From the NCBI GenBank assembly GCA_964016885.1, contig OZ024741.1, positions 210,738,001-210,802,000 of the forward strand: a DNA stretch of 64,000 nucleotides, written 5' to 3'. Position numbers and translations under genes: made by a program. The DNA comes from Eledone cirrhosa. Taxonomy: Eukaryota. The notes under the pieces were generated by a model. It was not told where the DNA came from. It saw nothing but the letters and a program-made list of their open reading frames with translations, and ran no database searches. This document shows positions 26,551 to 41,200 of this stretch, one piece after another. Each line of letters opens with the position of its first letter. The first letter of the stretch is position 1.

Positions 26551-29500
26551 TCCACCTACCTCAGCCTCAGTCCACCTATCTCAGCCATAGTCCACCTATC
26601 TCAGCCACAGTCCACTGTCTCATCCTCAGTCAACCTATCTCAGCCTCAGTCCACTGTCTCAGTCTCAGTCCACTGTCTCAGCCACAGTCCACTGTCTCAG
26701 CCTCAGTACACCTATCTCAGCCACAGTCCACTGTCTCAGCCTCAGTACACCTATCTCAGTCTCAGTCCACTGTCTCAGCCACAGTCCACTGTCTCAGCCA
26801 CAATCCACCTAACTCAGCCAGAGTCCACTGTCTCAGCCACAGTCCACTGTCTCAGCCTCAGTCCACTGTGTCAGCCTCAGTCCACCTATCTCAGCCACAG
26901 TCCACCTATCTCAGCCACAGTCCACTGTCTCAGCCTCAGTCCACCTATCTCAGCCACAGTCCACCTATCTCAGTCTCAGTCCACCTACCTCAGCCTCAGT
27001 CCACCTATCTCAGCCACAGTCCACGTATCTCAGCCACAGTCCACTATCTCAGCCTCAGTCCACTGTCTCAGTCTCAGTCCACAGTCTCAGCCACAGTCCA
27101 CTGTCTCAGCCACAGTCCACCTATCTCAGCCACAGTCCACTGTCTCAGCCTCAGTCCACCTATCTCAGCCACAGTCCACCTATCTCAGCCACAGTCCACT
27201 GTCTCAGCCTCAGTCCACCTATCTCAGCCACAGTCCACCTATCTCAGCCACAGTCCACTGTCTCAGCCACAGTCCATTGTCTCAGCCTCAGTCCACTGTC
27301 TCAGCCTCAGTACACCTATCTCAGCCACAGTCCACTGTCTCAGCCTCAGTCCACCTATCTCAGCCACAGTCCACCTATCTCAGCCACAGTCCACTGTCTC
27401 AGCCACAGTCCACTGTCTCAGCCTCAGTCCACTGTCTCAGCCTCAGTCCACCTATCTCAGCCACAGTCCACTGTCTCAGCCACAGTCCACTGTCTCAGCC
27501 TCAGTTCACTGTCTCAGCCACAGTCCACTGTCTCAGCTACAGTCCACTGTCTGAGCCACAGTCCATTGTCTCAGCCTCAGTCCACTGTCTCAGCCTCAGT
27601 ACACCTATCTCAGCCACAGTCCACTGTCTCAGCCTCAGTCCACCTATCTCAGCCACAGTCCACCTATCTCAGCCACAGACCACTTATCTCAGTCTCAGTC
27701 CACCTATCTCAGTCTCAGTCCACTGTCTCAGCCTCAGTCCACCTATCTCAGTCACAGTCCACCTATCTCAGTCTCAGTCCACTGTCTCAGCCACAGACCA
27801 CTTATCTCAGTCTCAGTCCACCTATCTCAGTCTCAGTCCACCTATCTCAGCCTCAGTCCACCTATCTCAGCCACAGTCCACCTATCTCAGCCACAGTCCA
27901 CTGTCTCATCCTCAGTCAACCTATCTCAGCCACAGTCCACAGTCTCAGCCTCAGTCCACCTATCTCAGCCACAGTCTCACTGTCTCAGCCTCAGTCCACT
28001 CTCTCAGCCACAGTCCACTTATGTCAGTCTCAGTCCACTGTCTCAGCCACAGTCCACTGTCTCAGCCTCAGTCCACTGTCTCAGCCACAGTCCACAGTCT
28101 CAGCCTCAGTCCACCTATCTCAGTCTCAGTCCACCTATTTCAGTCTCAGTCCACCTATCTCAGCTTCAGTCCACCTCTCTCAGCCACAGTCCACCTATCT
28201 CAGCCTCAGTCCACTGTCTCAGTCTCAGTCCACTCTCTCAGCCACAGTCCACTGTCTCAGCCACAGTCCACCTATCTCAGCCTCAGTCCACTGTCTCAGT
28301 CTCAGTCCACTGTCTCAGCCACAGTCCACCTATCTCAGCCACAGTCCACCTATCTCAGCCACAGACCACTTATCTCAGTCTCAGTCCACCTATCTCAGTC
28401 TCAGTCCACTGTCTCAGCCTCAGTCCACCTATCTCAGTCACAGTCCACCTATCTCAGTCTCAGTCCACTGTCTCAGCCACAGACCACTTATCTCAGTCTC
28501 AGTCCACCTATCTCAGCCTCAGTCCACCTATCTCAGCCACAGTCCACCTATCTCAGCCACAGTCCACTGTCTCATCCTCAGTCAACCTATCTCAGCCACA
28601 GTCCACAGTCTCAGCCTCAGTCCACCTATCTCAGTCTCAGTCCACCTACCTCAGCCTCAGTCCACCTATCTCAGCCATAGTCCACCTATCTCAGCCACAG
28701 TCCACTGTCTCATCCTCAGTCAACCTATCTCAGCCACAGTCCACAGTCTCAGCCTCAGTCCACTGTCTCAGTCTCAGTCCACTGTCTCAGCCACAGTCCA
28801 CTGTCTCAGCCTCAGTACACCTATCTCAGCCACACTCCACTGTCTCAGCCTCAGTACACCTATCTCAGTCTCAGTCCACTGTCTCAGCCACAGTCCACTG
28901 TCTCAGCCACAATCCACCTAACTCAGCCAGAGTCCACTGTCTCAGCCACAGTCCACTGTCTCAGCCTCAGTCCACTGTCTCAGCCTCAGTCCACCTATCT
29001 CAGCCACAGTCCACCTATCTCAGCCACAGTCCACTGTCTCAGCCTCAGTCCACCTATCTCAGCCACAGTCCACCTATCTCAGTCTCAGTCCACCTACCTC
29101 AGCCTCAGTCCACCTATCTCAGCCTCAGTTCACCTATCTCAGCCACAGTCCACCTATCTCAGCCACAGTGCACTGTCTCATCCTCAGTCAACCTATCTCA
29201 GCCACAGTCCACAGTCTCAGCCTCAGTCCACCTATCTCAGTCTCAGTCTACCTACCTCAGCCTCAGTCCACCTATCTCAGCCATAGTCCACCTATCTCAG
29301 CCACAGTCCACTGTCTCATCCTCAGTCAACCTATCTCAGCCTCAGTCCACTGTCTCAGTCTCAGTCCACTGTCTCAGCCACAGTCCACTGTCTCAGCCTC
29401 AGTACACCTATCTCAGCCACAGTCCACTGTCTCAGCCTCAGTACACCTATCTCAGCTTCAGTCCACCTCTCTCAGCCACAGTCCACCTATCTCAGCCTCA

Positions 29501-32500
29501 GTCCACTGTCTCAGTCTCAGTCCACTCTCTCAGCCACAGTCCACTGTCTCAGCCACAGTCCACCTATCTCAGCCTCAGTCCACTGTCTCAGTCTCAGTCC
29601 ACTGTCTCAGCCACAGTCCACCTATCTCAGCCACAGTCCACCTATCTCAGCCACAGACCACTTATCTCAGTCTCAGTCCACCTATCTCAGTCTCAGTCCA
29701 CAGTCTCAGCCTCAGTCCACCTATCTCAGTCACAGTCCACCTATCTCAGTCTCAGTCCACTGTCTCAGCCACAGACCACTTATCTCAGTCTCAGTCCACC
29801 TATCTCAGCCTCAGTCCACCTATCTCAGCCACAGTCCACCTATCTCAGCCACAGTCCACTGTCTCATCCTCAGTCAACCTATCTCAGCCACAGTCCACAG
29901 TCTCAGCCTCAGTCCACCTATCTCAGTCTCAGTCCACCTACCTCAGCCTCAGTCCACCTATCTCAGCCATAGTCCACGTATCTCAGCCACAGTCCACTGT
30001 CTCATCCTCAGTCAACCTATCTCAGCCACAGTCCACAGTCTCAGCCTCAGTCCACTGTCTCAGTCTCAGTCCACTGTCTCAGCCACAGTCCACTGTCTCA
30101 GCCTCAGTACACCTATCTCAGCCACAGTCCACTGTCTCAGCCTCAGTACACCTATCTCAGTCTCAGTCCACTGTCTCAGCCACAGTCCACTGTCTCAGCC
30201 ACAATCCACCTAACTCAGCCAGAGTCCACTGTCTCAGCCACAGTCCACTGTCTCAGCCTCAGTCCACTGTCTCAGCCTCAGTCCACCTATCTCAGCCACA
30301 GTCCACCTATCTCAGCCACAGTCCACTGTCTCAGCCTCAGTCCACCTATCTCAGCCACAGTCCACCTATCTCAGTCTCAGTCCACCTACCTCAGCCTCAG
30401 TCCACCTATCTCAGCCTCAGTCCACCTATCTCAGCCACAGTCCACCTATCTCAGCCACAGTGCACTGTCTCATCCTCAGTCAACCTATCTCAGCCACAGT
30501 CCACAGTCTCAGCCTCAGTCCACCTATCTCAGTCTCAGTCCACCTACCTCAGCCTCAGTCCACCTATCTCAGCCATAGTCCACCTATCTCAGCCACAGTC
30601 CACTGTCTCATCCTCAGTCAACCTATCTCAGCCTCAGTCCACTGTCTCAGTCTCAGTCCACTGTCTCAGCCACGGTCCACTGTCTCAGCCTCAGTACACC
30701 TATCTCAGCCACAGTCCACTGTCTCAGCCTCAGTACACCTATCTCAGTCTCAGTCCACTGTCTCAGCCACAGTCCACTGTCTCAGCCACAATCCACCTAA
30801 CTCAGCCAGAGTCCACTGTCTCAGCCACAGTCCACTGTCTCAGCCTCAGTCCAGTGTCAGCCTCAGTCCACCTATCTCAGCCACAGTCCACCTATCTCAG
30901 CCACAGTCCACTGTCTCAGCCTGAGTCCACCTATCTCAGCCACAGTCCACCTATCTCAGTCTCAGTCCACCTACCTCAGCCTCAGTCCACCTATCTCAGC
31001 CACAGTCCACGTATCTCAGCCACAGTCCACTATCTCAGCCTCAGTCCACTGTCTCAGTCTCAGTCCACAGTCTCAGCCACAGTCCACTGTCTCAGCCACA
31101 GTCCACCTATCTCAGCCACAGTCCACTGTCTCAGCCTCAGTCCACCTATCTCAGCCACAGTCCACCTATCTCAGCCACAGTCCACTGTCTCAGCCTCAGT
31201 CCACCTATCTCAGCCACAGTCCACCTATCTCAGCCACAGTCCACTGTCTCAGCCACAGTCCATTGTCTCAGCCTCAGTCCACTGTCTCAGCCTCAGTACA
31301 CCTATCTCAGCCACAGTCCACTGTCTCAGCCTCAGTCCACCTATCTCAGCCACAGTCCACCTATCTCAGCCACAGTCCACTGTCTCAACCACAGTCCACT
31401 GTCTCAGCCTCAGTCCACTGTCTCAGCCTCAGTCCACCTATCTCAGCCACAGTCCACTGTCTCAGCCACAGTCCACTGTCTCAGCCTCAGTTCACTGTCT
31501 CAGCCACAGTCCACTGTCTCAGCTACAGTCCACTGTCTGAGCCACAGTCCATTGTCTCAGCCTCAGTCCACTGTCTCAGCCTCAGTACACCTATCTCAGC
31601 CACAGTCCACTGTCTCAGCCTCAGTCCACCTATCTCAGCCACAGTCCACCTGTCTCAGCCACAGACCACTTATCTCAGTCTCAGTCCACCTATCTCAGTC
31701 TCAGTCCACTGTCTCAGCCTCAGTCCACCTATCTCAGTCACAGTCCACCTATCTCAGTCTCAGTCCACTGTCTCAGCCACAGACCACTAATCTCAGTCTC
31801 AGTCCACCTATCTCAGTCTCAGTCCACCTATCTCAGCCTCAGTCCAACTATCTCAGCCACAGTCCACCTATCTCAGCCACAGTCCACTGTCTCATCCTCA
31901 GTCAACCTATCTCAGCCACAGTCCACAGTCTCAGCCTCAGTCCACCTATCTCAGCCACAGTCTCACTGTCTCAGCCTCAGTCCACTCTCTCAGCCACAGT
32001 CCACTTATGTCAGTCTCAGTCCACTGTCTCAGCCACAGTCCAATGTCTCAGCCTCAGTCCACTGTCTCAGCCACAGTCCACAGTCTCAGCCTCAGTCCAC
32101 CTATCTCAGTCTCAGTCCACCTATCTCAGTCTCAGTCCACCTATCTCAGCTTCAGTCCACCTCTCTCAGCCACAGTCCACCTATCTCAGCCTCAGTCCAC
32201 TGTCTCAGTCTCAGTCCACTCTCTCAGCCACAGTCCACTGTCTCAGCCACAGTCCACCTATCTCAGCCTCAGTCCACTGTCTCAGTCTCAGTCCACTGTC
32301 TCAGCCACAGTCCACCTATCTCAGCCACAGTCCACCTATCTCAGCCACAGACCACTTATCTCAGTCTCAGTCCACCTATCTCAGTCTCAGTCCACTGTCT
32401 CAGCCTCAGTCCACCTATCTCAGTCACAGTCCACCTATCTCAGTCTCAGTCCACTGTCTCAGCCACAGACCACTTATCTCAGTCTCAGTCCACCTATCTC

Positions 32501-35500
32501 AGCCTCAGTCCACCTATCTCAGCCACAGTCCACCTATCTCAGCCACAGTCCACTGTCTCATCCTCAGTCAACCTATCTCAGCCACAGTCCACAGTCTCAG
32601 CCTCAGTCCACCTATCTCAGTCTCAGTCCACCTACCTCAGCCTCAGTCCACCTATCTCAGCCATAGTCCACCTATCTCAGCCACAGTCCACTGTCTCATC
32701 CTCAGTCAACCTATCTCAGCCACAGTCCACAGTCTCAGCCTCAGTCCACTGTCTCAGTCTCAGTCCACTGTCTCAGCCACAGTCCACTGTCTCAGCCTCA
32801 GTACACCTATCTCAGCCACAGTCCACTGTCTCAGCCTCAGTACACCTATCTCAGTCTCAGTCCACTGTCTCAGCCACAGTCCACTGTCTCAGCCACAATC
32901 CACCTAACTCAGCCAGAGTCCACTGTCTCAGCCACAGTCCACTGTCTCAGCCTCAGTCCACTGTCTCAGCCTCAGTCCACCTATCTCAGCCACAGTCCAC
33001 CTATCTCAGCCACAGTCCACTGTCTCAGCCTCAGTCCACCTATCTCAGCCACAGTCCACCTATCTCAGTCTCAGTCCACCTACCTCAGCCTCAGTCCACC
33101 TATCTCAGCCTCATTCCACCTATCTCAGCCACAGTCCACCTATCTCAGCCACAGTGCACTGTCTCATCCTCAGTCAACCTATCTCAGCCACAGTCCACAG
33201 TCTCAGCCTCAGTCCACCTATCTCAGTCTCAGTCCACCTACCTCAGCCTCAGTCCACCTATCTCAGCCATAGTCCACCTATCTCAGCCACAGTCCACTGT
33301 CTCATCCTCAGTCAACCTATCTCAGCCTCAGTCCACTGTCTCAGTCTCAGTCCACTGTCTCAGCCACGGTCCACTGTCTCAGCCTCAGTACACCTATCTC
33401 AGCCACAGTCCACTGTCTCAGCCTCAGTACACCTATCTCAGTCTCAGTCCACTGTCTCAGCCACAGTCCACTGTCTCAGCCACAATCCACCTAACTCAGC
33501 CAGAGTCCACTGTCTCAGCCACAGTCCACTGTCTCAGCCTCAGTCCAGTGTCAGCCTCAGTCCACCTATCTCAGCCACAGTCCACCTATCTCAGCCACAG
33601 TCCACTGTCTCAGCCTGAGTCCACCTATCTCAGCCACAGTCCACCTATCTCAGTCTCAGTCCACCTACCTCAGCCTCAGTCCACCTATCTCAGCCACAGT
33701 CCACGTATCTCAGCCACAGTCCACTATCTCAGCCTCAGTCCACTGTCTCAGTCTCAGTCCACAGTCTCAGCCACAGTCCACTGTCTCAGCCACAGTCCAC
33801 CTATCTCAGCCACAGTCCACTGTCTCAGCCTCAGTCCACCTATCTCAGCCACAGTCCACCTATCTCAGCCACAGTCCACTGTCTCAGCCTCAGTCCACCT
33901 ATCTCAGCCACAGTCCACCTATCTCAGCCACAGTCCACTGTCTCAGCCACAGTCCATTGTCTCAGCCTCAGTCCACTGTCTCAGCCTCAGTACACCTATC
34001 TCAGCCACAGTCCACTGTCTCAGCCTCAGTCCACCTATCTCAGCCACAGTCCACTGTCTCAACCACAGTCCACTGTCTCAGCCTCAGTCCACTGTCTCAG
34101 CCTCAGTCCACCTATCTCAGCCACAGTCCACTGTCTCAGCCACAGTCCACTGTCTCAGCCTCAGTTCACTGTCTCAGCCACAGTCCACTGTCTCAGCTAC
34201 AGTCCACTGTCTGAGCCACAGTCCATTGTCTCAGCCTCAGTCCACTGTCTCAGCCTCAGTACACCTATCTCAGCCACAGTCCACTGTCTCAGCCTCAGTC
34301 CACCTATCTCAGCCACAGTCCACCTATCTCAGCCACAGACCACTTATCTCAGTCTCAGTCCACCTATCTCAGTCTCAGTCCAATGTCTCAGCCTCAGTCC
34401 ACTTATCTCAGTCACAGTCCACCTATCTCAGTCTCAGTCCACTGTCTCAGCCACAGACCACTAATCTCAGTCTCAGTCCACCTATCTCAGTCTCAGTCCA
34501 CCTATCTCAGCCTCAGTCCAACTATCTCAGCCACAGTCCACCTATCTCAGCCACAGTCCACTGTCTCATCCTCAGTCAACCTATCTCAGCCACAGTCCAC
34601 AGTCTCAGCCTCAGTCCACCTATCTCAGCCACAGTCTAACTGTCTCAGCCTCAGTCCACTCTCTCAGCCACAGTCCACTTATGTCAGTCTCAGTCCACTG
34701 TCTCAGCCACAGTCCAATGTCTCAGCCACAGTCCACTGTCTCAGCCACAGTCCACAGTCTCAGCCTCAGTCCACCTATCTCAGTCTCAGTCCACCTATCT
34801 CAGTCTCAGTCCACCTATCTCAGCTTCAGTCCACCTCTCTCAGCCACAGTCCACCTATCTCAGCCTCAGTCCACTGTCTCAGTCTCAGTCCACTCTCTCA
34901 GCCACAGTCCACTGTCTCAGCCACAGTCCACCTATCTCAGCCTCAGTCCACTGTCTCAGTCTCAGTCCACTGTCTCAGCCACAGTCCACCTATCTCAGCC
35001 ACAGTCCACCTATCTCAGCCACAGACCACTTATCTCAGTCTCAGTCCACCTATCTCAGTCTCAGTCCACTGTCTCAGCCTCAGTCCACCTATCTCAGTCA
35101 CAGTCCACCTATCTCAGTCTCAGTCCACTGTCTCAGCCACAGACCACTTATCTCAGTCTCAGTCCACCTATCTCAGCCTCAGTCCACCTATCTCAGCCAC
35201 AGTCCACCTATCTCAGCCACAGTCCACTGTCTCATCCTCAGTCAACCTATCTCAGCCACAGTCCACAGTCTCAGCCTCAGTCCACCTATCTCAGTCTCAG
35301 TCCACCTACCTCAGCCTCAGTCCACCTATCTCAGCCTCAGTCCACCTATCTCAGCCACAGTCCACCTATCTCAGCCACAGTCCACTGTCTCAGCCACAGT
35401 CCATTGTCTCAGCCTCAGTCCACTGTCTCAGCCTCAGTACACCTATCTCAGCCACAGTCCACTGTCTCAGCCTCAGTCCACCTATCTCAGCCACAGTCCA

Positions 35501-38500
35501 CCTATCTCAGCCACAGTCCACTGTCTCAACCACAGTCCACTGTCTCAGCCTCAGTCCACTGTCTCAGCCTCAGTCCACCTATCTCAGCCACAGTCCACTG
35601 TCTCAGCCACAGTCCACTGTCTCAGCCTCAGTTCACTGTCTCAGCCACAGTCCACTGTCTCAGCTACAGTCCACTGTCTGAGCCACAGTCCATTGTCTCA
35701 GCCTCAGTCCACTGTCTCAGCCTCAGTACACCTATCTCAGCCACAGTCCACTGTCTCAGCCTCAGTCCACCTATCTCAGCCACAGTCCACCTATCTCAGC
35801 CACAGACCACTTATCTCAGTCTCAGTCCACCTATCTCAGTCTCAGTCCACTGTCTCAGCCTCAGTCCACCTATCTCAGTCACAGTCCACCTATCTCAGTC
35901 TCAGTCCACTGTCTCAGCCACAGACCACTAATCTCAGTCTCAGTCCACCTATCTCAGTCTCAGTCCACCTATCTCAGCCTCAGTCCAACTATCTCAGCCA
36001 CAGTCCACCTATCTCAGCCACAGTCCACTGTCTCATCCTCAGTCAACCTATCTCAGCCACAGTCCACAGTCTCAGCCTCAGTCCACCTATCTCAGCCACA
36101 GTCTCACTGTCTCAGCCTCAGTCCACTCTCTCAGCCACAGTCCACTTATGTCAGTCTCAGTCCACTGTCTCAGCCACAGTCCAATGTCTCAGCCTCAGTC
36201 CACTGTCTCAGCCACAGTCCACAGTCTCAGCCTCAGTCCACCTATCTCAGTCTCAGTCCACCTATCTCAGTCTCAGTCCACCTATCTCAGCTTCAGTCCA
36301 CCTCTCTCAGCCACAGTCCACCTATCTCAGCCTCAGTCCACTGTCTCAGTCTCAGTCCACTCTCTCAGCCACAGTCCACTGTCTCAGCCACAGTCCACCT
36401 ATCTCAGCCTCAGTCCACTGTCTCAGTCTCAGTCCACTGTCTCAGCCACAGTCCACCTATCTCAGCCACAGTCCACCTATCTCAGCCACAGACCACTTAT
36501 CTCAGTCTCAGTCCACCTATCTCAGTCTCAGTCCACTGTCTCAGCCTCAGTCCACCTATCTCAGTCACAGTCCACCTATCTCAGTCTCAGTCCACTGTCT
36601 CAGCCACAGACCACTTATCTCAGTCTCAGTCCACCTATCTCAGCCTCAGTCCACCTATCTCAGCCACAGTCCACCTATCTCAGCCACAGTCCACTGTCTC
36701 ATCCTCAGTCAACCTATCTCAGCCACAGTCCACAGTCTCAGCCTCAGTCCACCTATCTCAGTCTCAGTCCACCTACCTCAGCCTCAGTCCACCTATCTCA
36801 GCCATAGTCCACCTATCTCAGCCACAGTCCACTGTCTCATCCTCAGTCAACCTATCTCAGCCACAGTCCACAGTCTCAGCCTCAGTCCACTGTCTCAGTC
36901 TCAGTCCACTGTCTCAGCCACAGTCCACTGTCTCAGCCTCAGTACACCTATCTCAGCCACAGTCCACTGTCTCAGCCTCAGTACACCTATCTCAGTCTCA
37001 GTCCACTGTCTCAGCCACAGTCCACTGTCTCAGCCACAATCCACCTAACTCAGCCAGAGTCCACTGTCTCAGCCACAGTCCACTGTCTCAGCCTCAGTCC
37101 ACTGTCTCAGCCTCAGTCCACCTATCTCAGCCACAGTCCACCTATCTCAGCCACAGTCCACTGTCTCAGCCTCAGTCCACCTATCTCAGCCACAGTCCAC
37201 CTATCTCAGTCTCAGTCCACCTACCTCAGCCTCAGTCCACCTATCTCAGCCTCATTCCACCTATCTCAGCCACAGTCCACCTATCTCAGCCACAGTGCAC
37301 TGTCTCATCCTCAGTCAACCTATCTCAGCCACAGTCCACAGTCTCAGCCTCAGTCCACCTATCTCAGTCTCAGTCCACCTACCTCAGCCTCAGTCCACCT
37401 ATCTCAGCCATAGTCCACCTATCTCAGCCACAGTCCACTGTCTCATCCTCAGTCAACCTATCTCAGCCTCAGTCCACTGTCTCAGTCTCAGTCCACTGTC
37501 TCAGCCACGGTCCACTGTCTCAGCCTCAGTACACCTATCTCAGCCACAGTCCACTGTCTCAGCCTCAGTACACCTATCTCAGTCTCAGTCCACTGTCTCA
37601 GCCACAGTCCACTGTCTCAGCCACAATCCACCTAACTCAGCCAGAGTCCACTGTCTCAGCCACAGTCCACTGTCTCAGCCTCAGTCCAGTGTCAGCCTCA
37701 GTCCACCTATCTCAGCCACAGTCCACCTATCTCAGCCACAGTCCACTGTCTCAGCCTGAGTCCACCTATCTCAGCCACAGTCCACCTATCTCAGTCTCAG
37801 TCCACCTACCTCAGCCTCAGTCCACCTATCTCAGCCACAGTCCACGTATCTCAGCCACAGTCCACTATCTCAGCCTCAGTCCACTGTCTCAGTCTCAGTC
37901 CACAGTCTCAGCCACAGTCCACTGTCTCAGCCACAGTCCACCTATCTCAGCCACAGTCCACTGTCTCAGCCTCAGTCCACCTATCTCAGCCACAGTCCAC
38001 CTATCTCAGCCACAGTCCACTGTCTCAGCCTCAGTCCACCTATCTCAGCCACAGTCCACCTATCTCAGCCACAGTCCACTGTCTCAGCCACAGTCCATTG
38101 TCTCAGCCTCAGTCCACTGTCTCAGCCTCAGTACACCTATCTCAGCCACAGTCCACTGTCTCAGCCTCAGTCCACCTATCTCAGCCACAGTCCACCTATC
38201 TCAGCCACAGTCCACTGTCTCAACCACAGTCCACTGTCTCAGCCTCAGTCCACTGTCTCAGCCTCAGTCCACCTATCTCAGCCACAGTCCACTGTCTCAG
38301 CCACAGTCCACTGTCTCAGCCTCAGTTCACTGTCTCAGCCACAGTCCACTGTCTCAGCTACAGTCCACTGTCTGAGCCACAGTCCATTGTCTCAGCCTCA
38401 GTCCACTGTCTCAGCCTCAGTACACCTATCTCAGCCACAGTCCACTGTCTCAGCCTCAGTCCACCTATCTCAGCCACAGTCCACCTATCTCAGCCACAGA

Positions 38501-41200
38501 CCACTTATCTCAGTCTCAGTCCACCTATCTCAGTCTCAGTCCAATGTCTCAGCCTCAGTCCACTTATCTCAGTCACAGTCCACCTATCTCAGTCTCAGTC
38601 CACTGTCTCAGCCACAGACCACTAATCTCAGTCTCAGTCCACCTATCTCAGTCTCAGTCCACCTATCTCAGCCTCAGTCCAACTATCTCAGCCACAGTCC
38701 ACCTATCTCAGCCACAGTCCACTGTCTCATCCTCAGTCAACCTATCTCAGCCACAGTCCACAGTCTCAGCCTCAGTCCACCTATCTCAGCCACAGTCTAA
38801 CTGTCTCAGCCTCAGTCCACTCTCTCAGCCACAGTCCACTTATGTCAGTCTCAGTCCACTGTCTCAGCCACAGTCCAATGTCTCAGCCACAGTCCACTGT
38901 CTCAGCCACAGTCCACAGTCTCAGCCTCAGTCCACCTATCTCAGTCTCAGTCCACCTATCTCAGTCTCAGTCCACCTATCTCAGCTTCAGTCCACCTCTC
39001 TCAGCCACAGTCCACCTATCTCAGCCTCAGTCCACTGTCTCAGTCTCAGTCCACTCTCTCAGCCACAGTCCACTGTCTCAGCCACAGTCCACCTATCTCA
39101 GCCTCAGTCCACTGTCTCAGTCTCAGTCCACTGTCTCAGCCACAGTCCACCTATCTCAGCCACAGTCCACCTATCTCAGCCACAGACCACTTATCTCAGT
39201 CTCAGTCCACCTATCTCAGTCTCAGTCCACTGTCTCAGCCTCAGTCCACCTATCTCAGTCACAGTCCACCTATCTCAGTCTCAGTCCACTGTCTCAGCCA
39301 CAGACCACTTATCTCAGTCTCAGTCCACCTATCTCAGCCTCAGTCCACCTATCTCAGCCACAGTCCACCTATCTCAGCCACAGTCCACTGTCTCATCCTC
39401 AGTCAACCTATCTCAGCCACAGTCCACAGTCTCAGCCTCAGTCCACCTATCTCAGTCTCAGTCCACCTACCTCAGCCTCAGTCCACCTATCTCAGCCATA
39501 GTCCACCTATCTCAGCCACAGTCCACTGTCTCATCCTCAGTCAACCTATCTCAGCCACAGTCCACAGTCTCAGCCTCAGTCCACTGTCTCAGTCTCAGTC
39601 CACTGTCTCAGCCACAGTCCACTGTCTCAGCCTCAGTACACCTATCTCAGCCACAGTCCACTGTCTCAGCCTCAGTACACCTATCTCAGTCTCAGTCCAC
39701 TGTCTCAGCCACAGTCCACTGTCTCAGCCACAATCCACCTAACTCAGCCAGAGTCCACTGTCTCAGCCACAGTCCACTGTCTCAGCCTCAGTCCACTGTC
39801 TCAGCCTCAGTCCACCTATCTCAGCCACAGTCCACCTATCTCAGCCACAGTCCACTGTCTCAGCCTCAGTCCACCTATCTCAGCCACAGTCCACCTATCT
39901 CAGTCTCAGTCCACCTACCTCAGCCTCAGTCCACCTATCTCAGCCTCAGTCCACCTATCTCAGCCACAGTCCACCTATCTCAGCCACAGTGCACTGTCTC
40001 ATCCTCAGTCAACCTATCTCAGCCACAGTCCACAGTCTCAGCCTCAGTCCACCTATCTCAGTCTCAGTCCACCTACCTCAGCCTCAGTCCACCTATCTCA
40101 GCCATAGTCCACCTATCTCAGCCACAGTCCACTGTCTCATCCTCAGTCAACCTATCTCAGCCTCAGTCCACTGTCTCAGTCTCAGTCCACTGTCTCAGCC
40201 ACAGTCCACTGTCTCAGCCTCAGTACACCTATCTCAGCCACAGTCCACTGTCTCAGCCTCAGTACACCTATCTCAGTCTCAGTCCACTGTCTCAGCCACA
40301 GTCCACTGTCTCAGCCACAATCCACCTAACTCAGCCAGAGTCCACTGTCTCAGCCACAGTCCACTGTCTCAGCCTCAGTCCACTGTGTCAGCCTCAGTCC
40401 ACCTATCTCAGCCACAGTCCACCTATCTCAGCCACAGTCCACTGTCTCAGCCTCAGTCCACCTATCTCAGCCACAGTCCACCTATCTCAGTCTCAGTCCA
40501 CCTACCTCAGCCTCAGTCCACCTATCTCAGCCACAGTCCACGTATCTCAGCCACAGTCCACTATCTCAGCCTCAGTCCACTGTCTCAGTCTCAGTCCACA
40601 GTCTCAGCCACAGTCCACTGTCTCAGCCACAGTCCACCTATCTCAGCCACAGTCCACTGTCTCAGCCTCAGTCCACCTATCTCAGCCACAGTCCACCTAT
40701 CTCTGCCACAGTCCACTGTCTCAGCCTCAGTCCACCTATCTCAGCCACAGTCCACCTATCTCAGCCACAGTCCACTGTCTCAGCCACAGTCCATTGTCTC
40801 AGCCTCAGTCCACTGTCTCAGCCTCAGTACACCTATCTCAGCCACAGTCCACTGTCTCAGCCTCAGTCCACCTATCTCAGCCACAGTCCACCTATCTCAG
40901 CCACAGTCCACTGTCTCAGCCACAGTCCACTGTCTCAGCCTCAGTCCACTGTCTCAGCCTCAGTCCACCTATCTCAGCCACAGTCCACTGTCTCAGCCAC
41001 AGTCCACTGTCTCAGCCTCAGTTCACTGTCTCAGCCACAGTCCACTGTCTCAGCTACAGTCCACTGTCTGAGCCACAGTCCATTGTCTCAGCCTCAGTCC
41101 ACTGTCTCAGCCTCAGTACACCTATCTCAGCCACAGTCCACTGTCTCAGCCTCAGTCCACCTATCTCAGCCACAGTCCACCTATCTCAGCCACAGTCCAC
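26472..41200. repeat. ~2.7-kb higher-order units (2696/2694 bp) with a superimposed 4141-bp tandem duplication (about 31188-35336 / 35329-39497)
   Basis: GTGCAC at 26472/29168 (2696), 30460/33154 (2694), 37295/39989 (2694). The 17-bp monomer is at 30848/33542/37683 and CCATTG at 31260/35401 (4141). Confidence 0.85.
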
